Assembly: GCA_008080735.1 (NCBI GenBank)
Contig: SHMW01000101.1
Location: forward strand, 1 to 13,193
Origin: Promethearchaeota archaeon
Lineage (GTDB): Archaea; Asgardarchaeota; Lokiarchaeia; Sigyniarchaeales; SOKP01
Length of the DNA stretch: 13,193 nucleotides
Direction of reading: 5' to 3'
This document shows, in pieces, positions 8,056 to 13,193 of the stretch (position 1 is the first letter of the stretch; every line of letters begins with the position of its first letter). The notes under the pieces are model-generated. The model was not told the DNA's origin. It saw nothing but the letters and a program-made list of their open reading frames with translations, and did not search any database. The position numbers were made by a program, and so were the translations under genes.

Positions 8056-8166
8056 AATTAATCGACTAAAATGCGTCAATTTAAAGCAACATTTTTATAC
8101 ATCAATCTTTCAAATGAAATCTAATCATGAAAATTTTGAGAAAAACCTTAATAATGAGGATTGTTT

Positions 8167-8778
8167 ATGATTAAAACAATTATATTTGACCTTGGAAATG
8201 TTCTGATTAACTTTAAACCAGCAGAATTCTTGATGCAATTTACAGATAATATCTTCGAAATAAATGATTTTGTAAAGAAAGTCCCGAAAAGCAAAATTTG
8301 GTTTGATCTAGATCGAGGAAAGTTGACTGTTAAAGAAGCATATGAGATTTTTCTTAAGCGGTACCCTGAAAAAGGGGAATTATTAAATCTTTTTTTTAAG
8401 GAGAATAAATGGATGGAAATGCTTACACCCATTCAGAAAAATGTAGATATTCTCAGAGATTTAAAGATTAATGGATATGGGCTATACATTCTATCAAGTT
8501 TTATCGAAGAGGCATTTTCTTATGTGCAATCTATATATGAATTTTTATCTCTATTTGATGGAGGTGTGATTTCCTATCAAGTAGGAACTATTAAACCAGA
8601 AAAAACAATATATCGTATATTATTGCAACAATACAATCTTAATCCCGAGGAAAGTCTTTTCATAGACGACCATAAAGTAATCTTAAAACCTGCAAGACAA
8701 CTTGGGATGAAGGTAATTCATTATCAACCCGATACTGATTTACGGGAGGAATTGCGGAAATTTTCTGTTAAGATATAG
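8167..8778 (+). CDS. HAD-superfamily phosphatase (subfamily IA, YihX-like)
   Basis: Motif I IIFDLGNVL, motif II ILSS, motif III KPE and motif IV FIDD. ATG 8167 is preferred over TTG 8161 because GAGGA at 8156-8160 is correctly spaced for it. Confidence 0.9.
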   Translation: MIKTIIFDLGNVLINFKPAEFLMQFTDNIFEINDFVKKVPKSKIWFDLDRGKLTVKEAYEIFLKRYPEKGELLNLFFKENKWMEMLTPIQKNVDILRDLKINGYGLYILSSFIEEAFSYVQSIYEFLSLFDGGVISYQVGTIKPEKTIYRILLQQYNLNPEESLFIDDHKVILKPARQLGMKVIHYQPDTDLREELRKFSVKI

Positions 8779-8898
8779 GGTATAAAAAATTTCCAAATTA
8801 TCATAAGATTTTCAAAGAGTATAGAAAAATATAATTAAAACTATAAATTGTTTTATTGAATATATACAATAATAATCTACTGTTAACCATTTTTAAAT

Positions 8899-10491
8899 GT
8901 GAGAAAAGTGAGATCAAGGAAGTCAAATTTATCTGACAATTCAAAAGTGATCATAAAGCCTGAAGCCTATTATAAAATGCTTGTCCATGTGTTAAGGTTT
9001 GGAGCAAAAACAATCCGAGGGCAAGGATATAAAGAAGTTATGGGAATTTTAATAGGGCGATTGGAAGGTGAAGGTACGATTAAAGATGTGATAATAGAAG
9101 ATGCGGTACCCGTGTCACATGGAGGATCAATCGAAGTTAGATTTGCTCCAGAGGATTATGCAACGTTTTCTATGATTGATGAAAAATTCGCGAAAGAGAA
9201 TTTATTTAGTGTGGGATGGTTTCACTCTCATCCGGGATTAGATATTTTCTTTTCAAGTACAGATATTATGAACCAATTAGGATGGCAGACACCAAATCCA
9301 AGTGCTATCGGAATCGTTTTTGATCACACTTACTTGGATAGACCCGGAGATCTTGGCTTTCGCACTTTTCGGTTAGATGACCCTTCAAAAGGGGAAGCAT
9401 CTGGTTATCATGAAGTAGAAACGATTGTAGAACCGCCAGATAGCTTAAAATTCTATGAAAAAATTATTAGCTTAATCTCAAGTGTCCATACGAAGGAACC
9501 TCCAATTCTCGAATTAAATGAAAAACCCAACTTGTTTGGAGAAATTTTATTCCCATCTGACGGAGATTTGATGGTCGAAATGCCTCAAATCAGTACTGAG
9601 AAAATCGTAAATATGATAAAGATGGGATTTTTCAACATAATAGAATCCTTGATTGAACCTGTGATTCGACAATATAATAAATGGAGTCAGAATATTCTAA
9701 AAAATATTAGCAGTCAAAATTTATTGATAAAAAGAAATCTAGTTGATGTGAAAACAACAATTAACGATCAACTAAACGAAGTACAAAATACTTATTCTAC
9801 AAAGCTCAAAAACTTATTTAATGAAATGGACTATTACATTGATGATAGATTTGACAGCATAGATGTAAAATTAGAAACCATAGAAGAAGAGGTAAGTCAG
9901 TTGGAACAAACTCTAACGGATGATATTAGTAATAAAATCAACATAATGATTAAAGAAATGAGAAATGATTTCAGTAAAACATATCAGAGCAATCTGACAA
10001 ATTTAGAACATTTAAGGGAAAATATCTCAAAATCAAAAGAATTCTTTACTCAACAAGAAGAACTCCTCAAAAAGATAGAAGTTCAACCAGAAAAGATTCA
10101 GGCAATTCTTAAAAAGGAGATTGGAAATTATTTAACAACAGCAAATGACGACTTTAATAAAAATTACGAAAATTTGAATAAGATTATTAACAATTCAGAG
10201 GAACGCGCGGAAAAGGTGGAATCCAAATTGGCGGATTCCCTTTCAATCCTTGAGAGTTCAGTTGAGCCCTTAGAACAAAAAATCAATAATCTCAACACAG
10301 ATAAAAAGGTTCTGCAAAACAAGATTGATAAAGCAACATCACAAATTAACGAAAAAGACAAAAAAATCGAATCCTTAGAGAATGACAATAAAAATCTTTC
10401 AGAAGAAATGAAAAAAGAAAAAAAGGAAAATGAGAAACTGCGAGAAAAACTCAAAAAATTAGAAAAAAAGGTGGAGAAAAATGCCAAATAA
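8899..10491 (+). CDS. MPN+/JAMM metalloisopeptidase (Rpn11/CSN5/BRCC36-like) fused to a long coiled coil
   Basis: KEVMGILIG and VGWFHSHPGLDIFFSSTD (intact HxHx7Sx2D, His codons at 9223 and 9229), then NPSAIGIVFD. About 300 aa of heptad-rich helix follow, ending in a K/E-rich tail. The GTG start is uncertain (8899 or 8908). Confidence 0.92.
   Translation: MRKVRSRKSNLSDNSKVIIKPEAYYKMLVHVLRFGAKTIRGQGYKEVMGILIGRLEGEGTIKDVIIEDAVPVSHGGSIEVRFAPEDYATFSMIDEKFAKENLFSVGWFHSHPGLDIFFSSTDIMNQLGWQTPNPSAIGIVFDHTYLDRPGDLGFRTFRLDDPSKGEASGYHEVETIVEPPDSLKFYEKIISLISSVHTKEPPILELNEKPNLFGEILFPSDGDLMVEMPQISTEKIVNMIKMGFFNIIESLIEPVIRQYNKWSQNILKNISSQNLLIKRNLVDVKTTINDQLNEVQNTYSTKLKNLFNEMDYYIDDRFDSIDVKLETIEEEVSQLEQTLTDDISNKINIMIKEMRNDFSKTYQSNLTNLEHLRENISKSKEFFTQQEELLKKIEVQPEKIQAILKKEIGNYLTTANDDFNKNYENLNKIINNSEERAEKVESKLADSLSILESSVEPLEQKINNLNTDKKVLQNKIDKATSQINEKDKKIESLENDNKNLSEEMKKEKKENEKLREKLKKLEKKVEKNAK
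10468..10476 (+). promoter_or_regulatory. SD-like ribosome-binding site inside the upstream CDS (translational coupling)
   Basis: AAGGTGGAG directly upstream of ATG 10481. The upstream stop is at 10489-10491, giving an 11-bp overlap. Confidence 0.55.
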
Positions 10492-11830
10492 CAATAAAGA
10501 TAGTAGACAAAGTAAAATCGTAGTAGACATAAAAAAGGAAGCTTTCAGAAATATTATTGCGCATATATTTCGATTTGGGCATGAAGCTTTAGATGAAAGT
10601 GTAGATACTATGGGATTCTGTTTAGGATCCCTTGAACAAGATCATTATGTCGTTAAAAATGCCATACCTGTCTCACATGGACCCAGCCTTAGGAAAAATT
10701 ATTTCTCAAAAAAATCAAAATTAGTTAATCAAATCGAAGAAAAATATCAAGATGAAAATCTACAATTAATCGGTTGGTACATTTCTCATCCTTCAGAAGG
10801 AGTTGAATGGAAAGAGATAGACATTCAAAATCATCTTCAAATTCAAACTGAACGAAGACCTAATGCGTTTTGCATTCTATTAGATCATAAATTGATCAGA
10901 AAAGAGGATGATTTTGGAGTCAAGATCTATACTCTGAAAGATTTTGAAATGGGAGAGGCAAGCGAAATTAAGGAATTAGCCTATAAGGTGGAATCTCCAA
11001 ATAGTTTGGATTTTTTTAATTGGGTACAAAAATTTGTAGAAGATTATCACAAAAGTGATCCTATATTGATTAAAGAGATTGAGGAAATAGTCGAACCGAA
11101 AGCAGAAATGCTTCAGGAGATCCCCTCAGAAATGGAGGGTATTCAGGAAAGTGAAATAAACTTCGGTCCGCACTTCCAAAATAGTCTCGAAGAATTCGGA
11201 GAGATGATCGATACTGTCTTTAAAACTGAAATAAACACATCTATGAATGGATTTGTACAAGAGGTCTTAAGGGGTTCCAAAAAATTGGAGAATAGCACTA
11301 AGCAGATGAGAGATAATATCACATTAGGCATGCAAAGACTTGGTAAATGGTTTGAAACTCAAATTGAAGAAATATCGAGAACTTTCAAGAACAGTGTTAA
11401 AAATTCAACCGAAACACGGGTAAACCAAGTTTTGACTTTAGAGGAATTAATAAGAGAAAAATCGGATGATGTTTCTCTCCATCTCCAGCAAATAATAGAA
11501 GATGATCTGCAAACGCAGCAGAGAGAAATAAAGGGAAAATTGGAACAAATGGGAACTAAATTGAAAGAGCTAATATCGATCAATTCTACTAACTTGGAAA
11601 ATCAACAAAAAGTTAAAGACATCACCCAGAAACTAAATAAATCCATCCAAGAACTCTCTTCAAAGCTAATTGAGGATTTAAACCCTTTAATTAAGGATTT
11701 GATTGAGCAACAAACCCAAAATCTTGAAGATTTAAAACAAAGGAACGAATTAATCGACCAAAAGTATTCTATAATAGAAGAGAGTATTAAAAAATTGGAA
11801 AAAGCAATATTGAGTCTTAGAAATATTTGA
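10481..11830 (+). CDS. MPN- (catalytically degenerate JAMM) protein fused to a long coiled coil
   Basis: Aligns with the upstream paralogue (HIFRFG/HVLRFG, AIPVSHG/AVPVSHG, GEAS, ESPNSLDF/EPPDSLKF). Catalytic positions differ: DTMG for EVMG, and WYISHPSEGVEWKEID with His to Ile and Ser to Lys. The C-terminal half is helical/coiled coil. Confidence 0.88.
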   Translation: MPNNNKDSRQSKIVVDIKKEAFRNIIAHIFRFGHEALDESVDTMGFCLGSLEQDHYVVKNAIPVSHGPSLRKNYFSKKSKLVNQIEEKYQDENLQLIGWYISHPSEGVEWKEIDIQNHLQIQTERRPNAFCILLDHKLIRKEDDFGVKIYTLKDFEMGEASEIKELAYKVESPNSLDFFNWVQKFVEDYHKSDPILIKEIEEIVEPKAEMLQEIPSEMEGIQESEINFGPHFQNSLEEFGEMIDTVFKTEINTSMNGFVQEVLRGSKKLENSTKQMRDNITLGMQRLGKWFETQIEEISRTFKNSVKNSTETRVNQVLTLEELIREKSDDVSLHLQQIIEDDLQTQQREIKGKLEQMGTKLKELISINSTNLENQQKVKDITQKLNKSIQELSSKLIEDLNPLIKDLIEQQTQNLEDLKQRNELIDQKYSIIEESIKKLEKAILSLRNI

Positions 11831-11957
11831 AAGGTTTATCCTGAAAGTTATATGAGAATGTGAAATCTCCTAGTTAAGAATCTAAAATAAGAAATGTGGA
11901 ATTGAAAATACCCTAAATTATAAAGTCTTATACTTTCGCATTTAGTGTATAGAGGAA

Positions 11958-12233
11958 TTACGACCAGCTCAAACTTGAGACCATAGATACCCTCAGTTTA
12001 AACTTCGGTATATTAGTTCTTAGTCGTTTTAACTCGTTTCTTTTTGCGAGATTACTTAAAATCCTTCCAATTTTATCTACTCTGATATCAATTCCGTAAT
12101 TATCACTAAGAACAGAACTAATTTTATATGAGGAGAGGATAACTACTTCTGAAATAGATTTTTCGCACAATAATTCGATCGCTTCCTTGATAAGACTAAG
12201 CAAGCTTTCTTTATCATCTACTTTCTTTTCCAT
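11958..12233 (-). CDS. Small basic protein, possible winged helix-turn-helix DNA-binding fold
   Basis: 91 aa from ATG 12233 (TTG 12242 is an alternative start). Pattern SSYKISSVLSDNYGIDIRVDKIGRILSNLAKRNELKRLRTNIPKFKL reads as helix-turn-helix plus beta wing. The fold call is tentative. Confidence 0.6.
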   Translation of the reverse strand: MEKKVDDKESLLSLIKEAIELLCEKSISEVVILSSYKISSVLSDNYGIDIRVDKIGRILSNLAKRNELKRLRTNIPKFKLRVSMVSSLSWS

Positions 12234-12262
12234 CTTTCTCAAATTTAAATGTGAATGATTTA

Positions 12263-12270
12263 TATTTAAA
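12263..12270 (-). promoter_or_regulatory. Putative TATA box for the small wHTH-like gene
   Basis: TTTAAATA on the minus strand, preceded by purine-rich AAGTAATAG, 30-37 bp upstream of ATG 12233. Confidence 0.35.
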
Positions 12271-12373
12271 ACTATTACTTTATATTTTTTAAAATTTTCT
12301 GCTCAGAATCTCTATAATTGAATAATCGATAACACGGATTATAAAAAATAATGTGTCGAAAATTCAATAAAAT

Positions 12374-12388
12374 AAAAAGAAAAAAAAA
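12374..12388 (-). terminator. Oligo-T terminator of the V4R-like gene
   Basis: The minus strand reads TTTTTTTTTCTTTTT starting 18 bp after the stop at 12406. Confidence 0.5.
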
Positions 12389-12405
12389 GGACGCATTTCC
12401 TCAAT

Positions 12406-12936
12406 TTAGAGTTTAATGGTCTCTATTTCATAGACACATTTATTATCTCCACGTTTGCGACATAGCCCTTCTTTGTGATCTATGCGAGCTGCTTTGTCAA
12501 AGCTTTTTGCTGCTCCTTCAATTAGACCGAGATCGAATTGGCATGGATAAGGATTATCCGCAGTAATAGTATAACTATCATCATCAATCTTTTCAAACTT
12601 ATAAGATCCGATAACTGATGGATCACTCGGTTGATGATTCATTTGGTATGCTTGATCAATCGACTTTAATACCGATTCAAGGTCGTTTATATTCGAAGGC
12701 CAAGCTGCATGCTTCATCACATTTTTCCCAACAGATTTTAGAACAAGTTCTCCATACTCTTTTTCTATTTTCTCCAATGCGCCTAAGAACGCATCCACCG
12801 GATAATATTCATTTGGTTGAATTTCAGATCCGAAAGATTCTTCGATAAGATCTTCGGCTAACTTATCGCTAGTAAATGCTTCTATAATGGAATTGATTGA
12901 TTTGCCTAATGCTTTTGTATCTGACATAAATATCAT
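12406..12936 (-). CDS. Stand-alone V4R/H-NOX-like small-ligand-binding domain protein
   Basis: YYPVDAF..., VGKNV, SIDQAYQMNH, IGSY, NPYPCQFDLGLIEG and C-terminal HKEGLCRKRGDNKCVY. The C..GxxxG and Cx3Gx3C pattern is typical of V4R-type folds. Start is 12936 or 12927. Confidence 0.7.
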   Translation of the reverse strand: MIFMSDTKALGKSINSIIEAFTSDKLAEDLIEESFGSEIQPNEYYPVDAFLGALEKIEKEYGELVLKSVGKNVMKHAAWPSNINDLESVLKSIDQAYQMNHQPSDPSVIGSYKFEKIDDDSYTITADNPYPCQFDLGLIEGAAKSFDKAARIDHKEGLCRKRGDNKCVYEIETIKL

Positions 12937-12956
12937 TTAATTAATACAAAGGCTTA

Positions 12957-12964
12957 TTTATAAA
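12957..12964 (-). promoter_or_regulatory. Putative TATA box for the V4R-like gene (leaderless transcript)
   Basis: TTTATAAA 21-28 bp upstream of ATG 12936. Confidence 0.5.
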
Positions 12965-13193
12965 GACGCAGAATTAAAAAAGTTTAAATACATTAATTAT
13001 TTTTTAAAAAACTCAGCCCATATGACTTTTTTGTAAATGATTCTTCAATTATATTGACATTTTTATCAATCATATTATTGACATGACTGTATAAAAAGGA
13101 TTGGGAGATATGTCGCTTTATATGATTCTGAAACTTACATATTTGTCATTCTATGGATTTTTTAATTTTAAATTGAAGTAATGTTTTTTATTT

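Noticed and set aside
6513-8432. ORFs 6513-6716, 6798-7100, 7646-7876 and 8148-8432
   Set aside because: Antisense to the JAMM, Zn-ribbon and HAD genes, with no independent support.
8899-10491. Calling the coiled-coil protein SMC/Rad50, or naming it rpn11
   Set aside because: It has no Walker motifs or hinge. Orthology to Rpn11 rather than CSN5 or BRCC36 cannot be determined without a phylogeny.
10481-11830. Third MPN gene as a pseudogene
   Set aside because: The frame is open for 449 aa, it is coupled to the upstream gene, and structural motifs are kept. The notable losses are at catalytic residues, which fits a pseudoenzyme.
10164-12848. ORFs 10164-10487, 11143-11331, 11359-11583 and 12618-12848
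   Set aside because: Antisense shadows. The F/S/L-rich ones simply mirror the K/E-rich coiled-coil codons.
13109-13180. 23-codon ORF (MSLYMILKLTYLSFYGFFNFKLK) after GGGAG near the window end
   Set aside because: Too short, its composition matches AT-rich intergenic DNA, and it has no supporting motif.
1-13193. CRISPR arrays, tRNA/rRNA, IS elements or prophage
   Set aside because: No regularly spaced repeats, GC-rich structured RNA segments, transposase/integrase motifs or terminal repeats were seen by eye.

Overview
AT-rich, gene-dense archaeal-type window, most likely from an Asgard (Lokiarchaeia-like) genome. This is inferred from a tandem Roadblock protein, Rpn11/CSN5-like JAMM proteins, a V4R-like protein and TATA-box/oligo-T signals. 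It holds 12 supportable CDSs: a double-Roadblock protein, an ATP-grasp ligase, a ChlI/ChlD-type AAA+–vWA fusion, an unannotated 55-aa Cys-rich protein (4614-4781, absent from the ORF track), a radical SAM enzyme, three paralogous MPN/JAMM proteins with helical/coiled-coil tails, a Zn-ribbon protein, a HAD phosphatase, a small putative winged-helix protein and a V4R-like protein. The main signal is the MPN cluster. An intact JAMM gene (8899-10491) overlaps a catalytically degenerate paralogue (10481-11830), and both carry long coiled coils. This mirrors the eukaryotic MPN+/MPN- heterodimers (Rpn11-Rpn8, CSN5-CSN6, BRCC36-Abraxas). A third intact JAMM paralogue lies about 1.8 kb upstream on the other strand. 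I saw no rRNA, tRNA, CRISPR array or mobile element. All calls come from motif reading, not database searches.
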